Below, piece after piece: positions 20,184 to 31,513 of a DNA stretch of 64,000 bases. The notes beneath the pieces were generated by a model that was not told the DNA's origin, did not search any database, and was given only the letters and a program-made list of their open reading frames with translations. A program made the position numbers and the translations under genes. Origin of the DNA: an uncultured Bacteroidota bacterium (GTDB lineage: Bacteria; Bacteroidota; Ignavibacteria; UBA10030); assembly GCA_963770945.1 (NCBI GenBank), contig CAVYRP010000013.1, forward strand, positions 207,921 to 271,920, read 5' to 3'. Each line of letters begins with the position of its first letter. Positions within the stretch are counted from its first letter, which is position 1.

Positions 20184-22735
20184 TCACATCATTCCCTGCG
20201 GATCAACGTCGATAATCATTTTTATTTTCTTATTAGCAGCGAGCGGTGATGATTCGTACTGCGACTTTGCTTTCAGCAGTGCAGAGCGAAGAAACGAGCC
20301 CGAAGGATCACTGCTTTTCAAGTCTTTTACGACAATATGTTTGCGATAGACATTCTTTATTTTCGGAATGGCGGCATCTGCTGGGCCAAGAATTATGAAC
20401 TGTTTTTGCCGGTTATTTGCAGCGAGAAAATCCGGCAAATTTTTCTGCATGATGCTGAACTTCATTTTCCAGTTCACCGGAGAATTCAATAAGAACAATC
20501 CGGGAAAAGGGCGGATAATCTCAGTTCGCGGCGATATTCCAATTCTTCCCGGTAGAATCCGCGAAAATCATGCAAGTATGACATGCTTTAGACTGTAGTG
20601 ATCGGCTGCAATGTCTGAATAACAACTTCGCCGGCAAGGTTGCTTCTGCCTGCGCGTCCTGCGACTTGTGTAAGCAATTGAAACGTGCCTTCAGATGCAC
20701 GGAAATCCGGAAGCAGCATTTGTGTATCTGCAGAAATCACACCGACTAGAGTCACGCGCGGAAAATCCAATCCCTTTGCAACCATCTGTGTGCCCAGGAG
20801 AATGTCAGCTTCGCCGGATTCAAACTGCTTCAGAATTTTATTGTGAGCTCCTTTGGTGCTCGTTGTATCACGATCCATCCGCAATATGACTGCCTTTGGA
20901 AACAGCTCCTGTAATTCCTGCTGTACTTGCTGTGTGCCGAATACATGCATACGCAGTTCCGCGCTGCCGCACTTCGGACAAACTGACGGCGGTTTTTTGA
21001 CGAAGCCGCAATAGTGACAGCGGAGATGTTTTTTTGTTGTGTGGAATGTCAGCGAGACTTCGCAATTGTTGCATTTTTCCACATAGCCGCATTCATAGCA
21101 TTCCATAACATGGGAAAAGCCGCGCCTATTTTGAAGAAGAATAGTTCCTTCTTTGCGTTCAAGCCGGCTGGCGATCTGCGTACGCAGAAGGTATGATATG
21201 GAGGAGTCGGGCAAATGCTTTGGGAAAGGGTTTTGCATTTGTTTTGATTTCTTTTTTTAATTCTTCATATACCCGGCGCCGTTCTTCCGCAATATCGACA
21301 ATATCGATAGTCGGGAGCCGGGCAGTGTCGACACGATCGGGAAGTTCAAGAAGCGTGTACTTTTCATTGGCTGTATTGGCGTAACTTTCCGCGGATGGAG
21401 TTGCCGATCCAAGCACAACTACTGCTTTGATTTGTGAAGCACGGACAAGAGCAACATCGCGGGCGTTATAGCGCGGTGCAGCATCGTATTGTTTATAAGA
21501 ACTGTCGTGTTCCTCATCGACTACGATTAGTCCGATGTTTTCCAGAGGTGCAAATATCGCCGAACGGGGACCGATGACGATCTTTACTTTTCCTTGATGT
21601 GCCATGCGCCATGCATCGTAGCGCTCACCAACGGACATTTGACTGTGCATAACTGCAACGTCATCCCCGAAGTGTGCTTTAAATCGCCGTACTGTCTGCG
21701 GTGTGAGTGATATTTCCGGTACTAAAACAATCGCTGTTTTGTCATGTGCAATTACATTGCGAATTGCTTCGATATACACCTGCGTTTTTCCGCTCCCGGT
21801 GATTCCATGTAAAAGAAATGCTTTAAAAGCTCCCGCTGATGTTGCCCTGACAATTTCGTCGAGAGCATGCTGTCTGGTTTACATTCAACGTGATATTCAG
21901 GCGGCGGTTCGACCGGGTCATACTCTGAACGCCTGAATACTTCATGCTCGCTGATATGTACCAGTCCTTTTTTCACGAGTGTCTTTAAAGAAGAGAGAGA
22001 GCCATGATGACGCTTCAAAAAAGAATTGATTTCAACAGCACTTATCCCCGAAGATGTTTCATTCTTTAGAGCTTCGAGGATGAAAAACTGTTTGACGGGA
22101 AAAGATGCGGTATTTGTTTTATCCGTAAATATTTTTAATCCGTCTGCTGTTAAAGCAGCCATTCGTTCCGACTTTGGCTTGGCTTTTGCTTTTCCGATTT
22201 CTTCTGTTATAGAAATCCATCCGCGCTGCTGCATCTCACTCAAAACGGCATGAATACTTTTCGTGCGTGACTTTCGCTGAACTTGTGCAAAAGTCAAAGG
22301 AGCATAATCAGCAAGAGCCTGTATTATTGCATGCCTCTGCGGCGCGGATTTCTTTGTCACTTGAAGAATTGCTTCGATGTCCTGCGCAATCAGGCGGACA
22401 GTCTTTTTACTTTCCTGCGATAATCCCTGCGGTGTAGCCGCCTTTAATACTTCACCCCAGGGCGTAAAATAGTATTCACTGATCCATTTTGTGAGCAGCA
22501 GCATTTCATGTGAGAAAGTCGGCTTCGTATCTAAAATGTCGGTGACAGGTTTGAGTCCGCGGATATTCGTCGCAGACGGCAGCGCAACGATGACGCCTGT
22601 AAGATGTTTTTTGCCGAACGGAACAAGCGCGCGTTTGCCGGTAAGAACTGAAGATTGAAGTTCCGGCGAAACGATATATGTAAACGTGCGGTCGATGGGA
22701 ACAGGAAGAGCTATATCGACGAGGAATTGGTTCAA
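20184..22735 (-). CDS. priA: primosomal protein N' (replication restart helicase), about five 1-nt frame steps
   Basis: Fragments 21752..22735 (MNQFLVDIALPVPIDRTFTY..), 21159..21779, 20588..21238 (zinc-binding CxxC pairs ..CYECGYVEKCNNCEVSLTFH..CHYCG..CPKCGS..) and 20184..20498. A bridge reads TLNVNQ / QHALDEIV..FLLHGITGSGKTQVYIEAI. Confidence 0.85.
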
Positions 22736-22772
22736 AGAAAAACCGCCAATGAGTAAAATAGAAGAATCGTTT

Positions 22773-23939
22773 TCAGCTGCTCAACTCGCGTTCAAGAATT
22801 CGATAGACTTCTACAATCGGTATATTTTTCTCCGCGGCGATTCGTTTGCATTCTTCAAACTCGGCACGCAGCTGCTCTTTTCCTTCAACCGTTATTACTT
22901 TAACTGTAATAATGCCGAATGAAGTATTCACCTGCTTGTTAGCCCTGGACAGCTTCTTCCGTTCTATCTGCTGAATGCGTACACCAAGGGTCGTTGTCTC
23001 GCGGAAAATAATTTCAAGCATGCTGTCAATTTTTGCACGCTCGACAAGCACAGAAAAGAGAATACCGGGCCGGCCTTTTTTCATTACAATCGGAACGAGA
23101 TAAGCATCGTGCGCACCGCATGCGAGAAGCTTTTCAATGACGTACGGATAAATTTCCGGATTCATATCATCGATGTTGGTCTCGATGCTGACAATTTCAT
23201 CTGAGAGGTATTGTGTTTCCAATTCACCAACGAGAACGCGAAGGATATTCGGTATTTGCTCAATCTCACGCCCGCCTGCACCGTAACCGATTGCCGATAC
23301 TTGAATTTTTTCTGCAGTCAAAATACCGCGTGAAAGTGCTTTCACGATTGCAGCGCCTGTAGGCGTCGTTAGTTCATACGGTACATCGGTAAGTATAACC
23401 GGATAGTCTCTCAGGATTTCCATTGTCGCAGGTGTCGGTACAGGCAGCATACCATGCTGTGTCTTCACAGTTCCGCCGTTTCCGACCTTTATCGCCGAGG
23501 TGTAGACAGCCTGAATACCAAGTATCTCTATACAAATTGCCGCTCCGACAATATCTACTATCGAATCTATTGCACCGACTTCATGAAAGTGTATTTTTTC
23601 GATGTCGGTGTTGTGAACTTTCGCTTCAGCAACTGCAACTTCATGAAATATCTTCTTCGCACGTTCTTTTACTTTTAAAGAAAGGCCGCTATGATCAATA
23701 AGCGTTTCGATATCTTTAAGATGCCGGTGGTAATGCGGTTGTTCGGAAATGACGACGTCTGCCTGTACGGCGACAATACCGTTTCGAGTGATATGATGAG
23801 CTGAGAGTTCGAATCCATCAAGTTTTAGCTTCCGCAGTTCAGAGTTCAGTTCGTCGATTGAAATGCCGGCGCTGATAAAGGCGCCCAAAGTCATATCACC
23901 GCTGATACCGGAAATTGTATCGATGTAAGCTATTTTCAT
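22773..23939 (-). CDS. larC: nickel-pincer cofactor biosynthesis protein LarC (DUF111/UPF0272)
   Basis: Intact 388-aa ORF. MKIAYIDTISGISGDMTLGAF.. and ..HFHEVGAIDSIVDIVG.. are family hallmarks. Confidence 0.8.
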   Translation of the reverse strand: MKIAYIDTISGISGDMTLGAFISAGISIDELNSELRKLKLDGFELSAHHITRNGIVAVQADVVISEQPHYHRHLKDIETLIDHSGLSLKVKERAKKIFHEVAVAEAKVHNTDIEKIHFHEVGAIDSIVDIVGAAICIEILGIQAVYTSAIKVGNGGTVKTQHGMLPVPTPATMEILRDYPVILTDVPYELTTPTGAAIVKALSRGILTAEKIQVSAIGYGAGGREIEQIPNILRVLVGELETQYLSDEIVSIETNIDDMNPEIYPYVIEKLLACGAHDAYLVPIVMKKGRPGILFSVLVERAKIDSMLEIIFRETTTLGVRIQQIERKKLSRANKQVNTSFGIITVKVITVEGKEQLRAEFEECKRIAAEKNIPIVEVYRILERELSS

Positions 23940-23960
23940 AGGAAGGTCATTTCAAATTTA

Positions 23961-25240
23961 TTAAAGAACTTTCGCGAGATGTTCAATAAATCGTTCTGTC
24001 GCTCCAATATTTTCCTTTACTAATTTCGATGCGACATTTCCTGCGATTGCTCTTGCTTTTGTATCATTAAGCAATGTACGGAGCGTCTTGTAACATTCCA
24101 ACTGATCATTGATAAGAAATCCACCGCCTTTACGAAGTAGTTCCTGTGCTTCCTGTGAGTTTGTGTGCCGCGGTCCGTAGACTACGGGAATTCCGTAGAC
24201 AGCCGGTTCCAATACATTGTGGACACCCTGCCTGAAACTACCGCCGACATAAGCAATATCTGCATACTGGTATAATGCCATCAATATTCCTACACTATCG
24301 ACAATAACGATCCGTTCATGTGAATAGTCGTTCAGCAGTGAGAATCGAATGGATTTTATCTTGAAAGGGAGTTGTTTTTCAATTGCTTCCAGCGCTTCTT
24401 CCGTCGGCTCATGCGGAACGAGAATTATCAGGACTTTTGGATCGTATTCTAAAAGTTTCTTAATCGCCGGCATAGAGCACTTCTTCATCTTCGGGCCATG
24501 TACTTCCTGCAATAAATATCTTTTTATCCTTTATAATAGAGGGCGGAATCAGGTGTTTTTTTCTGGCGTCGTTGCTGCGCTGCCATACCTGATCGTACCT
24601 GGTTTCGCCAATCGCTTGAATCAGAGGATGTGTCAGTCCGAATCGGGAAAATGCTTCAACATCTTTTACAGACACGGTCAGGATTGATACAAAGTTATTA
24701 AAGAGTAATCGATGAAAACCTTTTATGAGCGGATAGAATCTTGCCGATGTTGTACGCATCGTAGCGTTGGCAATAAAAGCCGGTATATTTCTTGCACTTA
24801 GTTCCCATAAATGATTCGGCCAAACATCATAACGCACAAAAACTGCCGCTGTCGGCTGCAGAAGATCAAGAAAATGCCGCGCATTTGCCTTTGTATCAAA
24901 CGGAATATAAGTGATGATATCGGCAAGTTTATAATTCTTTGAATGATCATATCCGGAAGGAGAAAAAAATGTCACGATGATATCTATATCGTGGTATTTC
25001 TTGCGCAGGGCGGCAATGATCGGTTTGGCCTGCTCAAATTCTCCCATGGATGATGAATGGAACCATACCCGCCTTTTTGATTTCAATTTTTTAAGATCAT
25101 ATTCAAATCTTCTCGAACAATCCCTTTCGACCTCGAATTCCATTGCGGATTTTAGAATTGAAAGGCGCTGCACATTGTAAAAGCATCCAGAATAACGGAA
25201 TAAAAAGGCCATTATAACCAATAAACCAGATTTTTTTCAT
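23961..25240 (-). CDS. waaA: 3-deoxy-D-manno-octulosonic acid transferase, two 1-nt frame steps
   Basis: The N-terminal piece from ATG 25240 (MKKIWFIGYNGLFIPLFWMLLQ..IRGRKGLFEKI) joins 24460..25221 (..EYDLKKLKSKRRVWFHSSSMGEFEQAKPII..) and 23961..24512 (..AYVGGSF.QGVHNVLEPA..). Confidence 0.8.
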
Positions 25241-25303
25241 ACTGCGTTCTATCAATAGAAGTTCAAATATTTCGGAATTATGGTAGAGAAAGTTTGATGG
25301 AAA

Positions 25304-25331
25304 TGCAAGAAAGAGATTTATGTGCGAATAG
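25304..25331 (-). terminator. possible terminator hairpin downstream of kdpE
   Basis: 9-bp arms AGATTTATG (25304-25312) and CATAAATCT (25323-25331). On the minus strand it is followed by a moderately T-rich CTTTCTTGCATTTCC. The stem is AT-rich, so support is weak. Confidence 0.3.
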
Positions 25332-25389
25332 CCATAAATCTATTTGAATGAATTAAGCCGAGCCTTCCATCATTTCTATATCCGAGTAT

Positions 25390-26088
25390 TTATTGGTTAT
25401 CCTCATCTGTATTCAAACGATAACCTATTCCGGATTCTGTAATAAGAATTTTAGGATTTGTTGGATCGTCTTCAATTTTTTTCCGAAGCTGCCCTACATA
25501 TACACGCGTGTATTGGGCCTCTTCAGAAAATGTCGGCCCCCAGACTTGTTCTAAAATATATTTATGTGTGAGTACTCTTCCGGCATTTCTCACAAACAAT
25601 GCTAAAAGAGAATATTCGATTGCGGTTAGCTTCATAACTTCGCCCGCCTTTTTCACAATTCGAGCTGATAAATCGACAGAAAGATTATGTGTTGTAAAAA
25701 GTTCTTTTTCTTGATTTCTAGGACGATGACGAAGAGCCGTCCGTACACGGGCAAGTAATTCTCCGGTGCGAAACGGTTTTACAAGGTAGTCATCCGCAGC
25801 GGCATCCAGACACGCAATGATGTCGCTTTCCGTATTACGAACCGAGAGAACAATGATTGGTACGGTAGCCCATTCACGAATTTTTTTTAATACCGTTATT
25901 CCGTCAATATCCGGTAAACCGAGGTCAAGAATGATAAGTTCAGGCCGTTCCGAACCGGCCATGGTAATTCCATCGTTTCCAGTTGAAGCAAATTTCAAGG
26001 TATATCCGTTCGGTTCTAATGTTAACTGAAGCAAGCGGCGAATTTGAATTTCATCATCAATGACAAGTATGTTAGGCTGGTTACTCAT
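25390..26088 (-). CDS. kdpE: OmpR-family response regulator KdpE
   Basis: Intact 232-aa ORF with a receiver domain (..ILVIDDE..LIILDLGLPDIDG..) and a winged-helix domain (..LTAIEYSLLALF..GYRL). It follows kdpD, and its start overlaps the kdpD stop. Confidence 0.85.
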   Translation of the reverse strand: MSNQPNILVIDDEIQIRRLLQLTLEPNGYTLKFASTGNDGITMAGSERPELIILDLGLPDIDGITVLKKIREWATVPIIVLSVRNTESDIIACLDAAADDYLVKPFRTGELLARVRTALRHRPRNQEKELFTTHNLSVDLSARIVKKAGEVMKLTAIEYSLLALFVRNAGRVLTHKYILEQVWGPTFSEEAQYTRVYVGQLRKKIEDDPTNPKILITESGIGYRLNTDEDNQ

Positions 26089-28767
26089 AATTTTGCCGGT
26101 TCGTTTTGAATTGGTATTTCAATTTTAAATTCTGCTCCGGCCGGAACTCTGTTCCGAACACTGAGAGTTCCGCGGTGAGCTTCAATAAATCCTTTTGCGA
26201 TGGGAAGACCTAATCCCGTGCCCCCCGGCGTTGTTCCTTCGGCACGATAAAATTTGTCAAATACTTTTCTTAGATCCGATCTTCGGAATGCCCGGTCCGT
26301 TGTCAGCAACTGTGATAATACATTGTTCATCCTCGACATGCGCATCTGAATTTCGATATGAAGTTCCTTTCGGTGTGTGCACAGTCGCGTTATAAATTAG
26401 ATTTGTCAATACCTGTTCCATGAGTCCGAAATCTAATTTTACCAGCGGCATCTCGTTCTGAACATGAATCGATAACAGGATGATTCGTTAATTTCACGTT
26501 CAAGTCCTTTGACGCTTACGTTTATCAGATCACGTAAATCGCACCAATCCTGTTTTGGCTTTATCATTCCGGATTCGATACGTGTCATATCCAGCAAGTT
26601 TGCAACAAGGCGGTTCAATCGTTCTGCTGCAATGCGTATTTCCGTGCTAGTTTTCTTTGATTGCTGCAGGATTTTTTGATTGCGGTTCTGAGAGTAAATT
26701 TTCAGAGGCCCCCATAATTGCAGCAATCGGTGTTCGCAGCTCATGGGAAATGGAATTGAACAAGTGTTTTATATAATCGTTCCGATTCCGCAACAATTAT
26801 GGATTTTTTTGTCACTTCATTCAATAATTCCCGTTCAACGGCGGAAGCAATTTGAGCAATAAAATTTTCCAGCAGTATTTCCTGATCAATGCCCAGTTTT
26901 TCATTATGATTGACTCGAACACCGATAACACCGACAGGATAACGGGGACCTGACATTGAATAATACGTTGCCTGTGCAAAAGGAAGTGTGTCGGTGAATT
27001 TTCCTGCTTTCTTTTCATTCCAGTATGTCCATGCAGCAACACTGAATTCCTTTTCATCCGGTTTCCATGAACTTGCTGCATGTGCTTGATGGCTCATATC
27101 TCCGTCTGCATCACCAAGAAAAAGAGCAACGTCCGCATCAAAAAATTTTTTAATATTTGCAATTGCTGCCTGAACAACTTCATCCTGGGAATGTGAGGAA
27201 GAAAGGTCTTTCGTCAATGCAAACAAAGCGGAAGAGCGCATTTCACGCTGGCGGACGGCTTGTTCTCTTTCACGAACACGTGCGGATAAAGTTCCGGACA
27301 CAGTTGCTACAATAAAAAACACCAAAAGCATTAACACATCTTCAATGCGTCCGACAGAAAATGTATAGATAGGCGTAATAAATAAAAAATCCCATGCTAA
27401 TGCACCACAAGCTGCTCCCAATAATACCGGGCCGCGTCCCATTCTTAAGGGCAGTAATGATACTGCGAAAAGAATAATATACGAAATCGTCTTATATTCA
27501 ATAAGCCGGGCGAGAGGAATACATGCAACCGAGACACCAAGAATTATTATCGCTGCTAAAATGTATTGTAAGAAACCGGATTGGATTTTGGGAATACGAT
27601 AAAAAAAAGACCGTCGTTGATTCTCCTCTTCTTCATGCCCGACAATATAAATATCGATATCCTCGCTCTTTTGTATAAGACCATTCACGAGACGCGTCGA
27701 TCCAAAGAGGACCCGCTGTTTCGGTTTCCCGATCAGAATTTGCGTCGCATTTTGTTCGCGTGCAACGCGCAGGAGTGCTCCGGCAATATTTTCATCGGAT
27801 GTTGTGACGATCTCTGCGCCAAGTTCTCTTGCGAGCTTGAAATTCTTCGACAGCTGCTCTGTTTCCGTGAGCGTTGCTTTTTTTGATGTTTCTACATAGA
27901 CTGCAACCCACGATGCATCCATCGTATACGAAACTCTGCGCGCCCAGCGGATAAGCGAGATGGATTGCGGACTCGCACTGATACCGACGACCAGCCGTGT
28001 TCCGGATTTCCATGTCTCAGAAATCCGTTTCGTCTGTTTATATTCCCGCAATTGCTGATCGACACGCTCGGCAGTCAGACGGAGAGACATTTCACGCAAC
28101 GCCGATAGATTGCCGGCACGGAAGAAATTTTGTACGGCACGCTTTGAACGTTCAGGAGTATAAACTTTTCCATCCGATAAGACGCTTGAGAAGTTCATTG
28201 GGTGAAATATCTATCACTTCAACTTCATCTGCGGCTTCAAAAATTGAATCCGGGACTGTCTCGCGAATAATACTGCCGGTAATTTGTGCAACTGTTTCGG
28301 CGCGGCTTTCAAGATGTTGAACATTGAGCGTCGTAAAAACATCGATCCCGTTATCGAGAAGCTCGAGTACATCCTGATATCGTTTTGTATGGCGGCTTCC
28401 CGGAGCATTCGTATGGGCAAGTTCATCGACAAGGACAAGCTGAGGTTTTCGAGAAAGGATCGTATCGAGGTCCATCTCTTCGAGTATCGTTCCTTTGTAT
28501 TCAATCGTTTTTCTTGGGACGACAGGCAGACCGGCAAGGAGAGCTTCGGTTTCTATTCGTTTGTGCGTTTCTATGTAACCAACAACAACATCGATGCCTT
28601 TGGACATTTGCGGCATGGGCATCTCTGAGCATATCATATGTTTTCCCGACACCGGCACACATCCCAAAGAAAATTTTCAGCTTTCCTCTTTTTTCCTTTT
28701 CTTCTTCTTTCTTTAAAAGCTGGAGAAGTGTGTCTGGATCGGGACGGTTTTGATCTTCTAAGGACAT
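26085..28767 (-). CDS. kdpD: sensor histidine kinase KdpD, about seven 1-nt frame steps
   Basis: Fragments 28501..28827, 28152..28667, 26741..28198, 26439..26744, 26257..26451 and 26085..26345 plus bridges. Landmarks are the N-terminal KdpD P-loop (GMCAGVGKTY), 4 TM helices, HisKA FNSISHELRTPIAAIMGA (in a bridging frame) and HATPase (DNGPGIP, GTGLGLPIAKG). Start taken at MSLEDQNRPDPD. Confidence 0.85.
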
Positions 28768-28875
28768 AGTGAAATATACGAAAGACATGTGAAAAAAGCG
28801 TTTCGAAATATTGATGCTATAATGCACTTTTCTTTCATTATTTCAATAAAAACCCGGTTGTGTTGGACGATCGTG

Positions 28876-29064
28876 TTATGAACCATGAAAAAACCACCAA
28901 TTGACTTGAGGAATAAAAGCGACAATTAAAAGAACCATGAGTTCGAACAATAGAAAAAGAGGCACGGCTCTTGCGATAGCAAAAACAGGTTTATGAAATT
29001 GCAGGATGGAATGGAAAACATTCAGCCAGAACGGCGGAACGAGATAGGCAATTTCAAGATTCAT
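28876..29064 (-). pseudogene. possible C-terminal remnant of a TRAP-type (DctM-like) permease
   Basis: The 62-aa ORF ..EIAYLVPPFWLNVF....FAIARAVPLFLLFELMVLLIVAFIPQVNWW resembles the extreme C-terminus of DctM-type large permeases (..PPxGxNxF...PF....L....P). There is no upstream remainder of such a gene. Confidence 0.3.
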
Positions 29065-29161
29065 CAGAAAAAAATTCCTATATGAATAGAATCGATATCA
29101 TACTCACCTGCAATCTATAGAAATTATTATTTTGGGAGATCTATTTATTAAACTTTGTTGA

Positions 29162-29347
29162 TTATTTATTCGTATACCAGCTTTTCCAATCCGAATGTTC
29201 AGGAGTGAACCGGACAAGATGGTCGTGAGAAAGAAATCCTGCCAAGAATCCGATAAGAAGTGCCGCAATAGTAACGATGACAATACGTTCAAAGTGGTTT
29301 CTTTCCCCGTTTATCTTATCTTCTCTAAAATTCTCTATCTCTTTCAT
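29162..29347 (-). CDS. small single-pass membrane protein downstream of kdpB
   Basis: 61-aa ORF with a strong SD (AAAGGAG 9 nt upstream of ATG 29347) and one TM helix (IVIVTIAALLIGFLAGFL). It starts 30 nt after the kdpB stop. Confidence 0.45.
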   Translation of the reverse strand: MKEIENFREDKINGERNHFERIVIVTIAALLIGFLAGFLSHDHLVRFTPEHSDWKSWYTNK

Positions 29348-29377
29348 ATGATAAAACTCCTTTCCTTTCTGAGGCCA

Positions 29378-31482
29378 TCAAATTAACTTCATAGCCACCA
29401 TCAGCATATCGATCAGCTTGATGCCGATAAATGGAGCAATGATGCCGCCGACTCCATAAATGAGGAGGTGTCTTCGCAGCAATTGAACGGCGCTTACAGG
29501 CCGATATTTTACTCCCTTGAGTGCTAATGGTATCAGTGCAACAATGATCAGTGCATTAAAGATAACGGCGGAAAGGATTGCACTTTCCGGAGTAGCAAGC
29601 TTCATAATATTCAGCATATTCAATACAGGATATGTTGTTGCAAATGCTGCAGGAATTATCGCAAAATATTTCGCAACATCATTGGCGATGCTGAACGTAG
29701 TCAGTGTCCCGCGCGTCATCAGAAGCTGTTTGCCGATTTCTACTATCTCCATCAGCTTTGTCGGATTACTGTCGAGATCGATCATATTCGCCGCTTCTCG
29801 GGCAGATTGTGTTCCGGTATTCATTGCTACAGCAACATCTGCCTGTGCAAGCGCCGGAGCATCGTTTGTACCGTCACCGGTCATTGCCACAAGCCGCCCG
29901 CCTTTTTGATAATCACGGATTAATTTTAACTTATCTTCCGGTTTTGCCTCGGCAAGAAAATCATCGACACCGGCTTCAGCGGCAATGGCAGTCGCTGTCA
30001 AGGGGTTGTCCCCCGTAATCATCACGGTTTTTATTCCCATCTTCCGCAGGTGTGCAAACCGTTCCTTAATTCCGCCTTTGACAATATCTTTCAAATGAAT
30101 AACGCCGAGAACTTCTTTGTTTTCCGCGACGACTAGAGGAGTGGCGCCGGCCCGGCTGATTTCTTGCACCGCTTGCTGTACGGCTGCAGGAAACACGCCG
30201 CCCTGCTGTTCGATGTACGCTTTCATTGCGTCTGTTGCACCTTTTCGGATAATTCTTTTTCCATTTTTTCCGTCAGGCAGAATATCAGCACCGCTCATAC
30301 GCGTCTGTGCACTGAAGGGAACAAAATGCGCAGCAATCTCGCGTATGTCACGGCCGCGCAAACCGTATTTTTCTTTTGCGAGTATGACGATCGATCTTCC
30401 TTCAGGAGTTTCATCGGCAAGTGATGCGAGCTGTGCTGCATCCGCCAATCGTTCTTTAGAGATTCCCGGCGCAGGAGTGAATTCCGTGGCCATACGGTTT
30501 CCCAGCGTGATCGTTCCGGTTTTATCAAGAAGGAGCACATCGACATCCCCTGCAGCTTCGATGGCACGACCGGAAGTTGCTATTACGTTATGCCGGATCA
30601 TTCGATCCATTCCGGCAATACCGATTGCAGAAAGAAGTCCGCCAATTGTTGTAGGAATCAAACAAACAAGAAGAGCAACAAGCACCGTTACTAGTAACGG
30701 GTGCTCCATGTCCGGCAACCTCCACGCTGAACAGCGAGAAAGGAAGCAGTGTCACGCACACGATAAGAAAAATGATGGTGAACGCGGCAAGTAATATATT
30801 GAGTGCAATTTCATTCGGAGTTTTTTGCCGCTTGGCGCCTTCAATTAAATGAATCATCCTATCAAGAAAACCGCCGCCGGGTTCTGCTGTCACTCGAATG
30901 ATCAGCCAATCGGAGAGAACACGCGTTCCGCCGGTAACAGCGCTTCGATCGCCGCCGGATTCACGAATCACAGGAGCACTTTCGCCCGTAATAGCGCTTT
31001 CATCCACAGAAGCGATTCCTTCAATAACTTCACCGTCCGCTGAAATAATATCTCCTGCTTCGGCAAGAAACACATCGCTTTTTTGCAATTCGCTGGATGT
31101 GACAATGTCAAACTGTGAACCTCTTTGAGGCTCATGTAATCGCTTTGCCGTTGTGTCACGGCGCGAGCGGCGTAGAGCTTCTGCCTGAGCTTTTCCCCGT
31201 CCTTCAGCCAATGCCTCAGAAAAGTTTGCGAAGAGAACCGTGAACCATAGCCAGAGTGATACGAAACCGATATACCATGCAGGCGCTTCTCCGGTGCCGA
31301 ACAGTGCTTGAATCCATAATGCGAACGTAAGCACACTTCCCACTTCCACGACAAACATAACCGGGATTCCGTGCCATTGACTTTGGATTCAATTTGACAA
31401 ATGAATCAAATAAAGCACGACGAAACATTTCGCCGTTAAGTCCTAAAGGTTTCCTTAATTGCTGTGTAGATTGCGTTACCAT
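29378..31482 (-). CDS. kdpB: K+-transporting P-type ATPase subunit B, two 1-nt frame steps
   Basis: Fragments 31216..31482 ([21 protein letters not shown]), 30588..31358 and 29378..30718. P-type motifs [10 protein letters not shown] and [13 protein letters not shown] are present. Confidence 0.9.
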
Positions 31483-31513
31483 TATAGTATATTCCTTCTT
31501 TCTCGTGAGTATG

